A stretch of DNA of 64,000 bases from Eledone cirrhosa (GCA_964016885.1 OZ024743.1:114700001-114764000); one strand, 5' to 3'. Shown: positions 26,362 through 44,850, counted from the stretch's first letter. A program made the numbers and translations. The notes: generated by a model from the letters alone, not told the origin.

Positions 26362-26377
26362 TCCTTATATTTCTAAA

Positions 26378-26427
<50 letters not shown>

Positions 26428-26691
26428 AAATGAAGTCATCGTATAAGACCGAAACATCATCGATCGTTTTCCCACTCTCTTAAGCCAGTAGCATTATAGT
26501 ACCAACCCAAAGGAAAGCAGAGTGCACATGCATACGTTACATAGTGAGAAAAGCGATTTTGTGTGCGTAGAGAAGTTATATATATATATATATAGTGGTG
26601 GAATACTGGAAGGTAAGATCCGTAGTGGTAGAGCACTCAGTCCAAGGGACGAGTTAGGTAGAAGTGGTTACACAACAGTTAGTTCACCATA

Positions 26692-26731
26692 CCGAGAACA
26701 ATTGTTTCACCTTCGCGGATCTTCAGCTCGG
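26692..26731 (-). ncRNA. Minimal type I hammerhead
   Basis: Reverse strand: ccgag-CTGAAGA-tcc gcgaa ggt-GAAAC aatt GTT-ctcgg; second copy at 46718-46755. Confidence 0.8.
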
Positions 26732-27769
26732 GATGTATATATATATATATAAATACACTTTCACACACACAAGCACACACACACAAAGATATATATATAT
26801 ATATATACCTACGTATGTGTGTATTATAGGGAGGTAAAAAGTTTGGAAGTTTATTTGAATTAAATTGGTTCATTTTTTTATCGATTAAATAAACCAGTGT
26901 ACGTGACATTAAAAGAAATAGTTTGCTCACGCACAGTGTCAATTCCTGTTAGAAAAGTACTAAGCAGCTGGATAGATTGCCATATATTACTTACAAATGG
27001 TTATTTTTAGTAGCCCGAGGAAATGATAATGTGTCAGAATGGATTTGCCTAGACTTGAAGAGTAAAAAAAGAAAAACACATACACAAGAAAACACATAAA
27101 AATGACTAAATATTGTTAAGTATTTAATCTGTTGTTGCCTTAAGTCATTTCCCAGGGCGATGTAGACCTATTATTTTTGGTATTAGTGTGAATCGAATAA
27201 ACATTGACGCTTTCTCATCCACTTTCACAGATCTCACTTTAAAGCCGAAACGGCCTATGCGTATATGTAGACACGCACACAGACACACATACATACTATA
27301 TATAAATATATGTGTATGTGTGTCCACGTGTGTATGTGTGTGTTCGAATAAAATTATATACACACACACATGTATATATATATATGATTAGAAATCATAG
27401 ATTCTCTCTCATTAGCTTACTGGCTGTTGATGTTGTTTATCCATCGATCAAAAGTTGTTCCAGGTGTTCTAATTCGATTTATTTCACGAAAACATTATCG
27501 AATGGGAATTGTTCTTCTAAGACACTTTGAACGTGATCTGAAGCACATTGTTTAGTATTTCCAGAAGGTTGAGTGACTGTATAGATCTTAACTAGGTTTC
27601 ATTGTATACTGGTAATTATTTAACCCTATAGCGTCCTGCTTAAGCAGCCCTTGGTATTTTTAATTATCTTCGGATTTTAGGTATTATGTGAGAGAGATTT
27701 ATTGCTATTTCTAGTAAGGCTTGCACCTTAGGATGCATCATTGCTTCATTCAATAATAATGTCGAATTC

Positions 27770-27935
27770 AGGCACAAGGCCAGCAATTCGTGGAAAGAGA
27801 AACGTCCATTTTATCGACCCCAGTACTTTAGTGGTACATTACACTATCAACCCACAGAGAATGAAATACAAAGTTGACATTGACGGAATTTGAACTCTGA
27901 ACGTAATGAATGATTCTGCCCATCCAACGTTCTCT
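27770..27935 (-). mobile_element. Decayed tRNA-derived SINE
   Basis: ggcacaaggccagcaa..tatcgaccccagtac..ggaatttgaactc. Confidence 0.65.
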
Positions 27936-28693
27936 TCCACATTGCACAAATGATGGTTAATGGCAAAATATCAACTAGATTAATTTCAGCCCTAAATTTA
28001 CATCGATGTATAATGTTTATGATCACAAATTTATTGATTGAAATGATCATTTCACGAATAAATCATAAATATTTTATTGTGCGTATTATTTATTATGTGC
28101 TAAAACGACAAGAAACTAACACTTATTTCATCTCATTCGTCTTCTAAATACAGACCCACAAATATCAAAATTACATGCAAAGGAAATCACAAATACATAT
28201 ATACACAACTACATATACGTATATATATCCCTTTTCTCTCTCCGTTCACCCCCTCTCTCTCACTGCCCCTCTCCTCGCTCTCCCCTCTCTCCCCTCCTCT
28301 CTCTCTACACACACACATGTAGTGTATCTGTCTGTCTACGTGACTGTCTATCTCTATATATGTATAAATATTATATATTTGTACACACACACACACAAAC
28401 ACACACACATATACACATACACACATATATATATATACAATATAATTTACTCACATACCACCTTCACTACATATACATACATACATACACACACACACAT
28501 ACATACATAGAAAGATACACAACATTCACGCTTATGTGTTATTAGAAGCTGCCATTACTTTCTTTTAGTGTAACTTAAAGTTTTATGTTACCGATCATTT
28601 AAACGATTGAAGTAGGCAATCAACATTCTAATATAAGTAAATTAGAAATATATATATATATATATATGGATATATATATATATATATATATAT

Positions 28694-29060
28694 ATGAATG
28701 TATGTATAGTATATTTGGTAATATACCATATGTTTAATTAAAAACATTTTGAAGACCTTGTACTATCATTTTAAAGTAGTGACTATATCACTTACTTCTT
28801 TTTTCGGCAAAGGAAAGGAAAGTAGCTGACAGATTCTGTTTCACACTGTTGATGTTCCTCAGTGCAACGTACTCCCCGACATCTGCCGAACATTATAGAG
28901 GCTGGATTCTTAAAGAATTACAGTACTAACCGGGAACTGATTATACAGAGAGATTGCCGGTCCAGCAAAAATTAAAAATTAGGATTGTTGTTCTGAAATA
29001 GCGATGTATACATGAATGTATGTATAGCATATTTGGTAATATACCGTATGTTTAAACATA
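28694..29060 (-). mobile_element. Retrozyme-like unit, 318-nt period, canonical-core subfamily
   Basis: atgaatgtatgtatag repeats at 28694 and 29012. Homologous throughout to 51370-52205. HHR at 28824-28866 (-): CTGAGGA-acat caaca gtgt-GAAAC agaatct GTC. Confidence 0.8.
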
Positions 29061-30031
29061 TTATAGCGAGTAAATATAACCACAGTTGGATTCTAAGAAA
29101 TAAATGAAAATTAAATAATAACAAAGTTTTCATAAAGCGAATTTTAATTAGGCTTTAAAGATTAATTCTTTTAAAGTTGTAGTAAAATATTAATAGAATA
29201 TCTTACCTTAAAATTAAAAATGATAATAATCGACAATGAGCTAAATTAAATTATATAAATTTGTAATTAACTTAAATACTTGATTGCTATAGAAAGTAAT
29301 CTATACCTAATAATCTGGATATAATATAAAAGTATAATTAGCTAAAGCGTAATCCAATACAAGCGATATTCATTGATATATGTGAATAGATTTTTGATTT
29401 CTTATTTTATCTAACATTTGTATACAACAGTTTTTTTATTCTTCCCTCTATTTCATATTTTTCTTTTCCTTTTCTTCGTTTTTCTTTATTTCCCTTCGTT
29501 TTCTCCCCACATCTTCTCTTCCTTTTGTTTTTATTCCTCTTTTCTCTTATATCTTTTTTTCTGCTTTTATTTATTTATTCATTTATTTATTTATTTGTTT
29601 ATTTCTTGCCTTTTACTCTTCTTTGCATCCCCCTTCTATATTTCTTTAAGTTTATCATATTATTTCTAGTATAAAAACGTTGAGATTTGGTGAAATAAAT
29701 CACTGCCAATACAGGAATTGAATAATCAAAACCGTAGCGGTATGTCACATGTCAAATCTCATATTTTGTCTGATAAAACATACTTAAACACGATTCTACC
29801 TTTGAAATATGTATAATAAAATATATATTTTGATTATGAGAATATTTTTCTTTTATTAACATTAAAATCTCTGGTCGAGTGCTTCTAATCTATTATAAAA
29901 TTGTATTCGTTGATTAATCAACGAACCATATTATTCTTTGGTTATATATATCCACCCCACTCTCAAGCGTGAAACTAATACTTATATCATTTGTAATGCC
30001 TCTCTGTTTTTTGTTCTCTGTTTATTTATTA

Positions 30032-30083
<52 letters not shown>

Positions 30084-30137
30084 GTGAGAAAATTCTCACA
30101 GATGTGAGAAAAACCACAGACCCTCCATCTCAACTCA

Positions 30138-30175
30138 CCTTTTGAAAAGCAGAAGAACTGCGAAACCGGTAAAGG
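30138..30175 (+). ncRNA. Minimal type I hammerhead, U3-A8 core
   Basis: cctt-TTGAAAA-gcag aagaa ctgc-GAAA ccgg TA-aagg, inside a ~230-bp insert between (TA)n tracts. Decayed relative at ~47175-47210. Confidence 0.8.
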
Positions 30176-30306
30176 AACCAAATAAATATATATATTTTTA
30201 AAAAAAATAAGACTTCAGTTGCATTTTCGATTTCATCCCTTTTTCTTTATACTTCCACTCGTGTAGGACACCTCGGTTATTTTTCATTTTGTAAAAAATA
30301 CCTCAC

Positions 30307-30428
<122 letters not shown>

Positions 30429-30779
30429 GTATAGGATTATCCAAGATGTAGTAATGGTTAATTACTACACTGGATATGGTTGACGTACGGTAAGAGGTTA
30501 CTCTACGAGTTATGGAAGAATTGTTGTAGAAACTTAGTTCCTGATCCTTCTGTATTCCGGAGTGTATATAAAGAATGAATAATAAGAGGTAGACATCATA
30601 AAAAGGTAATTTATTCCGTGTGCTCTGAGGATACAGTTGTCACAGCATTGGATATTTGAGTTCTGCAAATACTTGTAAATTTGCACATAGCATAACTAGA
30701 CTGTAGTACCACCGTGGAAACATTTGTAAGCACACGGAATAAATTACCTTTTTATGATGTCTACCTGTTATTATTCATT

Positions 30780-30860
<81 letters not shown>

Positions 30861-30865
<5 letters not shown>

Positions 30866-33800
30866 ATACTTTGGGAGGGTCATGTTGCCAATAAGAAACA
30901 CATGAACCAGTTGCTTTCACTTCAAATTATTATAATAAATTTATAAATTTAGGAATTTATAAATTTCTGGTTGGTTGGTTGGTTCCACAACCAGATAGTG
31001 GTTTATATATTGTCAAAGTTCTTTCGTCACACATTCTGTGACCTCTTCAGTGACTGGGGATTCTTTTCTTTGTTTTTGTGCCACTCCTTTGTTCTGTCCT
31101 ACGCCATTTTGTTTCTGTGTGTGTGTTGTGTGCTCAGTCTGCGTATGCGCCACATCCGGGTGTCTGTGTGTGTTTATATTTGTTTATTTATTTGTTTATT
31201 TACATGTTACCGGTTGGTTGTTTGTTCTATGTGTGTGTGTGTTTTCATTTTGTTCTTAATTGTAAGTTGTGATGTTGCTGTTCCACTCATATTTTCTATT
31301 TAATTTTGGTTGTAATTCTTTTATGTTTATTGCCTCTGTTATTTGTCTAAACATTGCGTCTTTTCTGCGTGTAGATTCTATTTTTATTTCTATGTTCTCT
31401 AATTTACCCTTATGTTCTATTTTAGCATGTTGGTAGAGTACAGATGATTCTTTGCTATCTTGAAGGTCTCGCCAGTGTTCATTTATCCGTTCCCCTACAC
31501 TACGAGCTGTCTCACCTATGTACACTATATTTTTGTCTCTACATTGTCCTTCAGTACATCCTATGCTATACACTACATTTCTAGTTTTACAGTTAATATG
31601 GGGGCTTATTTTACAGGTTATAGATTTCTTATCTATAGAGGGGGGTCTTTGGAAAGGGTATGTTTTGCTAATAAGTGTTTTTACGGAGGAACCTGGTCTT
31701 TCTACTATCTTAATATTGAGTTTATGTTTATCTAGGGCCCTTCTAAATTTGTAAGCTAATTCACCTCTAGGGGTTGTATCGATGAACATTACACTCTGGT
31801 ATTTATTGCTATCATACCATGAGTTTATTCTATTAGCCTTATTCCTAGTTCTTTCTATTCTATTCCAAAATTTGCTCCTATACAGGGGGCAGGTCCCATT
31901 TGTGTCATTATTTACCATTTTTTCCCATTTGGTTCTGGCTCCTCTATACACTCTGATTCTATCTCTCTGATTGTAACCTGAGAACTGCATACGGTGGATG
32001 AAGTGTTGTATGTGTCTCTCTAGTTCTTAGGGGTTGCACATGCGGGACACGTTTCTCATCACCCGTACCAAATCCGCAATCAGTATGTTGATTTTGGTAT
32101 GGTCCGAAACAGCCGAGTTTCGGTGGATCAGATGTTTGGAAGTCATGGGTTTGGCATAATGGGAATGGGGGATTTGTTTTTTGTTATTAATGGTATCTAA
32201 CCAGAGCTCTGTGTTTAGTACAGGTAATCGATGGTTGGGGTGTTTACTTGGCTAGTCTATAGTAACTCTAATACTCTGGTGGATGGAGTTAGCTATTTGC
32301 TGGATGCTTTTCATTGTGCTTTTCTCTAGTTCCTGACTGTTCTCTAGTGGGGGTGTCTTAACTACGATGTTTATATCGTCAACGTAGCGGGAGTACATTA
32401 TCAGGGTTAAGGGGTCTTCTAATTGTTCTTTAAGTTTAAGTTTAAGTCTACTGTCCCACCATACCATGAATAAGTTAGCTATGTCGCCTGCAATGCTAAC
32501 ACCAATGGCTGCTCCTTCCTCTTGGGCATATGTTTTTCCATTAAATTTGAACATATGTTCCTTAAGGGTTATATTTATGCTGGCCCCTACCGCATGTGTA
32601 ATCATTTTGTTCAGTTCATCGTGGTTTTCGGGTGTCCGTATGGCTCTGGTCCACCCGTTCCATCTATCTGTGTGGGTTTTCTTGGCCATTGAGGTAATGG
32701 TAGGTGGTCTGCCTCTTGCTGGTCTTGTAGGGCACAGGTTGCTAAGGTCATATGTGTCTAGGTAATTATTACTATAGGTAAGTTTAAGTAGGAGTCCCAG
32801 CTCACTGGTATCAATCCCACGGAACTCAACATTGCTCTCACTGATCATTTCTACGCATTTCTCCACAGCAAAATCCACGTCAATAGATGGATACAGGGAC
32901 ACAACATCCATACTACCTATTATGCAGTTTGTTAGGTCCCTAGATCGGTTACTCTCGCCGATTCTGCTGAGGAGGTCCTCCGTGCTGTCACATATATCTG
33001 GGGACATTTTAATGATGAAGCGTATGATCAGGGAGAGGAAGTAGGACAGTCTGTAGTTACTAGCAATGTTAGCCCCACAGACTGGCCGTGTTGATAGTCC
33101 CGTGACAGGGTCACTGCCCGTTTTATGGTCTTTTCGAAGCCCATACAACGCCGGCACGTCATTGTTCCAGGCCTGGAGTTGTTGGCAGTCCTTTTGTTGG
33201 GCTGCATTATATTCGCCCACATCATCATATGAGCATTGAGGGCTGTTTCTCTATCCTCGTGCTCCTGTGGTGTTACCTCTCTTGTGTTAGTGATGTGGGG
33301 TTGCATTGCCTGGATGTAGTTTGGCAGGCTGTCAACCGACATTCTGCCAGACTTGTCTGTTGGAAAGCATGCTATCTCTCCATTACGTGAGCGCTGCATG
33401 AGCTTACGCAAGCCATTTGCAGATTTTTCTCCCAGTTGCTGGGCCTCCATTCTATTATGCTTTTTGCTATACTGTTCTATAATATTTCTAAGTTCGGATT
33501 TAGCTATACTAAATTGTGCTTCTGTTTGTTCATCGACCTGCGACGGCAATTGCGTGCGTTTGTTAAATGGTAAAGTCGTGGCGTGGACTCATCGCAGGTC
33601 GAACGACTTATCGGAGGGATTATAAAAAGTAGAGTTCCAGGCTGTTGCTTTATGTGTACTAGTGCTATTGTTATTGTTAGTTGTGTTGTTTCTATTTCTA
33701 TTTCTATTTCTATTTCAACCAACAGCCTCATGGTTGTTTCTATGTCTCTTATAATTACTCCTGTCTCTTTCCACTGGCTCATTGTTATTATCTACTCTAT

Positions 33801-34812
33801 TTTGTGTGTCTGTGTGTTCGTCTTGGTTATTTTCTTTGTCCATAGTCTCCCTTCTCCTTTTAATCCTATTACTTTCCCTTATTTCCGTGATTTCTGTGCT
33901 ACTGTCATTACTTGTTTTCTGTGTCTGTGTGTTTGTTAAGATTGTGGTGGTGGTGAGAGGCATTGAATGTGTGTGTGTTGTTGTTGTTGATGTGTGCTGT
34001 TGTTGATGTGTGTTGTTGTTGTTGTTGTCTCCGTGTGTGTTATTATTGTTGTGTGTGTTGTTATTGTTGTTTGTGTCTGCGTGTCCGTTGTTGTTGTTTC
34101 TGTGTATGTTATTATTGTTGGTGTGTGTTGTTGTTGTTATTGTTTGTGTCTGTGTGTCTGTTGTTGTTGGGATGTGTGTTGTATATGTCTGTGCGTATAT
34201 TGTTACTTTTGTTTTTGTTTTTGTTTTTGAGGCTCCAACGTAATTTTGTAAATGATTTTTCTATTTCTGACAGACAACTAATCATATTTATCTTCTTGAA
34301 TGTCGCAAATTTCGATGGTAGAAGTAATACAGATAACTGATCGTCATCTATTGCCGTGTTGCCGTATATATTTGTGTTGTTGTTGTTGTTGAACTCATCT
34401 GTTAATGAGGTGTCGGCCATATTTATACAGTCAATTTGTCGGGATATATATTGGTATTCTCTACAGTATCCTGATTTAGTTTTATCTGCTTAAGCCACTT
34501 TAGTTTCTTGTTAAAGTGCTTATCACATTCTTGAGCAATGTACTGTTCTTCAGGACGTAAAAGGCTTATAAATATTAGTTTCTTTCTTGGTGTGGTGATC
34601 CTAGCTATTTCTTGTATTAGGTTACGCTTATGTTTTTCTTGATGACTTAATTCTCTATAGATCTTCTTTTTTATGTTTAGAATTAGTGCTCGTTTTAGCC
34701 TATCTGCTTGTTTTTTGGTGAGTTGTAATCTTCCTACGTCGGTGTTGATGGTGTTGGTGTAAACTCGGGACGAGGCATATTCTTTTCTGAAGTGTAGTTG
34801 TCGAGATGTTAT

Positions 34813-34815
<3 letters not shown>
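30861..34815 (-). mobile_element. Decayed Penelope-like element of a second lineage (RT + GIY-YIG) with 3' pLTR
   Basis: TDKSGR, LYGLRKDHK, SMDVVSLYPSI, GAAIG..DIANLFM, RYVDD (33549-32252); NVVYSIGC..YIGETAR..ERINEH, ITEAINI (31256-31990). Carries a stop and a frameshift. Bounded by (TA)n. Confidence 0.92.
31012..31054 (-). ncRNA. Type I hammerhead in the PLE 3' pLTR
   Basis: Reverse strand: gtca-CTGAAGA-ggtcaca gaatg tgtgac-GAAAG aa CTT-tgac; same strand as the ORF. Confidence 0.8.
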
Positions 34816-34851
<36 letters not shown>

Positions 34852-35294
34852 TCCGATTATTTATATATATACTCCGATTAACTTCAAACTTGCATTTATA
34901 TATTCCTTGCGGTCTAAAGATACTAACTGCCGCTTTTAGTTTTCAATTTTCTGTTGTTAAATGGGTGTTAGTCGCCGGTTATCGATCTCCATCAAGCCCT
35001 TATAATATCTGTCTGTATGTCTGACTGTCTGCATAACGACATTCTGACGAACACGTCATTGCTGACGTATTATCTTCTCTACATTCACACACACACACAC
35101 ATAAACACACACATATATATACATATATACTTATATATACATATATATATACATATATATATATACATATATACATATACACACACATATATACATATAT
35201 ATATATATACAAACACATATACAGATATATAGATATACATATATACACATATATAAATATACACATATAAATATATGTATATACACACACACAA

Positions 35295-35339
<45 letters not shown>

Positions 35340-35374
35340 CATGCATACACACACACATATTTATATATATGCAT

Positions 35375-35456
<82 letters not shown>

Positions 35457-35718
35457 GTATCTGTGTATATATATACATATATATATATACACAGATATAT
35501 TGTAGGTCGCTTTAAACCTTCTTTTATTATACAAAAAACTTCCTCCCAATAAACATTAACCCTTTGTGCGCCATTCATCTAATTGTAAACCAACAAATAC
35601 CAAGTAAACAGAGCGTTGACAAGAACGATGGCCAATGAATCTTCGAGGTAAGCAGTTTCCTGTGAAATTGCAATTTTCACAGTTGAAAATTGCAAACTTG
35701 ACTGTCACCACAGAATAC

Positions 35719-35755
35719 GAACCTGAAGACTGCGAAAGCATGAAAGTACTTGTTC
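35719..35755 (+). ncRNA. Minimal type I hammerhead
   Basis: gaac-CTGAAGA-ctgc gaaa gcat-GAAA gtac TT-gttc. Confidence 0.8.
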
Positions 35756-35915
35756 AATTAACACTTAAAATTTAATATTCTACCATACTATTTCATTCTA
35801 ATACCATTATAAATGTTAAAGGATTGTAAATAAAACGAGTAAATCAGACAAAGTTGGAAATCCTTTTATTAATACATATATATATATATATGCACATAAA
35901 TAAATATATATATGC

Positions 35916-35970
<55 letters not shown>

Positions 35971-36863
35971 TATAAAAAATAAAAAAATGTTTTAAACCCC
36001 CCCCCCCTCCCCCACACACACAAGTTTAAAAGATAACAATTATATTTTATATTTTATATACTCTATATAGATTAATTTATAACACAATATTAAAAGAACC
36101 CTTTATTTATCAACAACATTAATTGCCTTCCTTTGTTATTAACCTCCTTTACAACTTCCTGTGTAAACTTATACAATTACCAACAGCTTAATAACGGTTA
36201 ATACAAGCCCTAGAAAAGATAATTTGTAGATAAAAAGTGCATAAAATAATATACCTAATATAATAACATGGCCAGTGATTCGGCGGAATTTATATTTAAC
36301 AAACAAACACCTATTGACTATAAACGACTTAAAATAATCCCATGATTAATAGCTGTGAGTAACAAACAACACATACACATAAATACGAACTACAACACAA
36401 AAACACTTAAATGAAAATGACATACCCAACTCTATCTAGTGCTTTGCATTACACCTTACATAACAAATACCTACATTATCACTACATGCTTCTCTAACAA
36501 ATTGCACACTATCTTAAACATTTATAACAATTATAACATGTTTTAACACGCACACAAAATATGTTTATTTTAATTGAATTATATCTCTTTCCTCATACAT
36601 GCCTTATTGACTATATTGACTCCTGCATTGTACACCAATTGTCCTTGCTTATAACTTCTTTGCCTGTGTTTTTTTGCTTGTGATTTTTGCTTGTGCCTTT
36701 TACTTTTACTTATACCTATTACACTTCCAACCAGTGCTGCCTGTAATTGTGCTATACCTTTTTAACTCCTGACTCTCCACATGATGCCTTTCACAGTAAT
36801 AACAATTATGTACCTAAATGTTCTAAATGACTAGGATTCTAGTTACACGTTTCGACATTCCTT

Positions 36864-36912
36864 ATGCTCCGATGATTCCAGACTTCCCTCTGGAAGAAAC
36901 AATTGTCATCAA
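36864..36912 (+). ncRNA. Hammerhead-like motif, CCGATGA core
   Basis: CCGATGA-ttccaga cttccc tctggaa-GAAAC aatt GTC; stem I is weak. Confidence 0.55.
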
Positions 36913-37148
36913 ATAAATGTTCTAAACTAAAATTTGATCGTTTTAACATTTTGTATCTCGGCTCTGTAAAACACTTGAAAATTTGCATTGAGCCTTTTGT
37001 CATACCGGTAACCGGCTAGTACTTAGTACTACCCTACATATCTATAGTTATATCAAACATATATAAATATAAATATTCTTATTACTATATATATATAAAT
37101 ATATATATTTAGTTATGTAATAAACAACATAAGATAATTATTTTATTT

Positions 37149-37200
37149 ATGAGCGGTTTCTTGAAAGCAGATGGTATATCTGCTTTCAGTCGTCAGAATG
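37149..37200 (-). ncRNA. Decayed hammerhead-like motif
   Basis: Reverse strand: CTGACGA-c tgaaagcagat atacc atctgctttca a-GAAA ccgc TC. 11-bp stem II; stems I and III imperfect. Confidence 0.55.
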
Positions 37201-37674
37201 AATAAAAAACATGGTGTTTTTATTAAATATGGATTTGAAAACAAATTTTAGAAATATGAAAGTGAGACTGAGAAAAAAAACGGGCGAAAAAGAAGAGGGG
37301 AAAAAGACGATAAAAAATATCTATATATAAACAATAAATATCTAGAACGTAAACGTAAACTAACTCAACCACGCGCATATACTTAAAATGTACGTAGACG
37401 TATACTTTTTCACATAAGCATACATGCGTCACAGACAGGGACATAAATATATACACATACATATACATCATATACATGAAGTAATAAGAATAAATACATA
37501 AATGAATAAGAGCAAAAAATACAATGTCAAAAACAAAATAAAGACAAAAGGAGATATATTGACAACGATAAGTATCAGTGTGTGTGTGCCTGTGTGTCTG
37601 TGGGGTGTGGTGGGGTGGGTGGGGTGGGGGCATAAAAACAACTTTAAAATAAACACGAGATGTGCCTATACATA

Positions 37675-37782
<108 letters not shown>

Positions 37783-39024
37783 CATACACAGGTACACACA
37801 CATAAACATGCATAAATACTCATACAGACGTATAAAAACACACACATATGTATGTGTATATCTTTTTGAGAGTCTTGGGAGATGGTTCCAACAGTGATGT
37901 CATCTACCTTGATTTCAGCAAGGCCTTTGACAGGGTTGATCATAAGATTCTACTGAAAAAACTATCCAATATTGGTGTCTCTGGAAAGTTACTACAGTGG
38001 ATCAAATGTTTCCTGACAGACAGAACCCAACATGTTGTAGTCGAAGGAGTAAAATCAAGCCCTGCCAAAGTCAGCAGTGGCGTCCCACAAGGCACTGTGT
38101 TGGGCCCACTTATTTTCATCATCTACATTAATGACATTACTAACATCATCAAGCACAGCAACATAAGAATCTTCGCAGATGATTCCAAGCTCAAAATGGT
38201 CATCCATGAGGTGGGTGACCGGACTTGCCTTCAGTCAGACCTACTGGCTGTTATCCAATGGGCAGAAAAGAATAATATGCTTTTGAATGAGGATAAGTTT
38301 GAATTAATCCACAAAAAGAATGCCCTGAAACTACCACACTCTCTTCCTTCGGGTGAAACTCTAGTGGCATCCAATAACATCAGAGACCTGGGAGTAATTG
38401 TGGACAACAATATAAGCTGGGCCACTCATATAAACAGCAAAGTTCACATGGCCCGCAGAATGTGTTCCTGGATTTTCAGAACTTTCCAGTCGATAGATAT
38501 CCACACAGTTATTCTTCTCTTCTCCACTTTCGCCCGACTCTACCTTGAATACTGTTGTCCACTGTGGTCTCCCCACACGAAACAAAGTATCATGAAAGTT
38601 GAAGCACCCCAAAGATCGATTACAAAAACGATAGATGGCATGACATGCCTTGACTGTTGGAGTCGATTAGAAAAGCTCAACCATTATTCTCTCCAACGAC
38701 GTAGTGAGCGCTACATTATCTGCATGGTGTGGCAAATATTCCATCAGATTTTCCCAAATGATGTTGGCATTACCTTTAATGTAACCCAAGATTTGGGCCC
38801 CGAGCTATCCGCACACGAAAAAAATCTCACTCGCATCTGATAACAACAATACGACACAATTATTTCACCTCAATTGGCCCTGCTCTCTTTAACATTACAC
38901 CAAAACACATTAAAACAGAAACACCCCATCAAATTCAAGAAGTCTTTGGACAAATTCCTTCAAGAAATCCCGGATATGCCTCCGTAAACTATAACTCCCT
39001 GCTCGAGTGGGCCATCGTGCCAAA

Positions 39025-39462
<438 letters not shown>

Positions 39463-39589
39463 TAGTTCTTTCGTTACTTTGGTATATTGTGTGTTACATT
39501 TTGCCTACCACAATGTTCGATTTGTCAAGCTATTTAAACGTATGTTATTACTCTAAAGACCTACCTTATCGAGTGATTTGCTAACTCAT

Positions 39590-39850
39590 TATTTCGTTCA
39601 TCCTTATGTGGTCGATCAAATAAAGTACCAGTAATCTACTGGGTAATTGCTGGCCTTGTGCCAAAAGTAGAAACAATTATTTCGTCGGGCGCCATGCTTT
39701 GCAGCACAGTTACGTCCCTTTACGGACTGAGTTCAAATCCCTCCGAGGTTAACTTTGCCTTTCATCCTTACGAGGGTCGATAAAATAAAATACCAGTAAT
39801 ACACTGGGATAATTGCTGGCCTTGTGCCAAAAGTAGAAACAATTATTTCA
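39590..39850 (+). mobile_element. tRNA-derived SINE remnants, two partial copies
   Basis: gagttcaaatccctccgaggttaactttgcctttcatccttacgagggtcgataaaa: B box plus core. Confidence 0.8.
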
Positions 39851-39914
39851 TATAGTAGGCCGAATTTGCTTGCAAACGCCAGAGATTCGATTTTACTAAG
39901 TATCCAATTATATA

Positions 39915-43018
<3,104 letters not shown>

Positions 43019-43059
43019 TGAGAGCATTAAAATTTAGCTTCGGTATAGCTGTATAAATA

Positions 43060-43517
43060 TATGTAAATAATTTCGTATATCTAAAGATATACGGTATGTT
43101 TGATAAATACACATTGTGAAAGCCCAGCTATGAATATTGAAATATTGACGGCCAGCGCCGTTTAGCGGTATCCAGCATAAGTAACAATGGACAACTTTCT
43201 ATGCGCATTTCGGGCTACTGGCCCTCATCAAGACTATGCTTCTCTGCACTCCTCTGGAACTTGAAAACAGGCGAAAATATATAGCACTTTCGTCTATATA
43301 TGTATGTGAATTTCATATATATGAGGATATACGGTATGTTTAATGAATAAACCTTTGGAAAGCCCAGCTATGAATATTGAAAAGCTAAAGGCCAGCACCG
43401 TCTAGCGATCTCCAACAGAAGCTACAAGCGACAACTGGCCGTCAACATTACAATATCCATAGCTGGGCTTTCAAAATGTTTATTTATTAAACATACAGTA
43501 TATATTTAGATTTACGA

Positions 43518-43525
<8 letters not shown>
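43060..43525. mobile_element. Retrozyme-like unit, 240-nt period, plus inverted end
   Basis: gatatacggtatgttt at 43086 and 43326; inverted copy at ~43437-43520. HHR at 43196-43236 (-): TTGATGA-gggc cagta gccc-GAAA tgcgca TA. Confidence 0.75.
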
Positions 43526-43558
<33 letters not shown>

Positions 43559-43644
43559 ACACACACATATATATATATATAGAGAGAGAGAGATTGATAT
43601 ATACATAAAGATATTAATATATATATATATATATATAAATATGA

Positions 43645-43960
43645 AATGCGTGAAGTTGTATATCTGGCGACATACGGTATGTTTATAAATAAACATTTTG
43701 AAAGCCATCCGCTATGAACCTGAAAAGTGACAGTATAGTGCCATCTAGTGTGTTCCCACAGCAGCTAATTACAGGCAACCAGTGATGATGACGTCATCAA
43801 TTCTGACTTTTGTCGTTATCAAATTGGTACTGCCGACCGCTTATTGTTGGAAAACTCTAGATGGCACTATGCTGTCAGTTTTCAAATTCGCAGAGGAAGC
43901 CTTTCAAAATGTTTATTTCTAAACATAACGTATGTCGCCAGATATACAATTTCACGTATT
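43645..43960. mobile_element. Inverted pair from a family related to 43060-43525
   Basis: cgtgaagttgtatatctggcgacatacg..gtgccatctag is inverted at 43857-43957. Confidence 0.7.
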
Positions 43961-43992
43961 TAATATACAAAGCAATGTTAGAATTAATGCCC

Positions 43993-44091
<99 letters not shown>

Positions 44092-44683
44092 TGAGCATTT
44101 TCTGTTGGTACTATAGATATATACGTGTACGTATGTGGTGTGAGTGTGCATGTGTGTATGCGTGCATGTGTGTGTGTGTGCGTGTGTGCTCTACAAAATA
44201 AGTAACACTGATCTACTTGGCTTACTGTAATTGTCTAATTCTATAGTTCGAAATGTGTGGCCTTGAGCCAAATTTAAATATTATATATGGAATATATTCT
44301 GAAATAATACAAACACTGTTTCATTTAACATTAGTTACATAAATTGTTTTCTTTAGACACATAACATTGATATTTTCAATTGCGAGATATCAAGTTTGAG
44401 GCAGATGTTTAAATAAAAATGTCTCTTATATAACAATCAATGCTATATTGTCTAGTTTGACGTTGAGGAATTATTTCTATGTTATCGTGATTTTTCTGTA
44501 ATCCCTCCCGGGTGAGCTTCGATAGAACGTACATAGATTCTAAAACATTTTAACTATACACATGAAGTATTTCATGGTAATAACCTGTCACCGGCTACAT
44601 TATCAAACGTGTTCGTCTCTGTTGTAAAAGTGAACATACCTTATTATGAAATAGGTGTAATTTCTAATATTTGTTTCTACTTT

Positions 44684-44850
44684 TGGCACAAGACCATTAA
44701 TTATCCCAGTATATTGCTGGTACTTTATTTTATCGAATCCGTAAGGATGAAAGGCAAAGTGAACCTCGGCGGGATTTTAACTCAGATTATAAAGGGGCGT
44801 AACTCTATGCTGCAAAGCATGGCGTCCGACCTTCTAGCGATACTACCAAT
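44684..44850 (-). mobile_element. tRNA-derived SINE remnant
   Basis: Nearly the same sequence as 5343-5510. Confidence 0.75.

Noticed and set aside
39720-39760. tRNA gene
   Set aside because: B box is followed by the SINE core and no cloverleaf forms; it is a SINE head.
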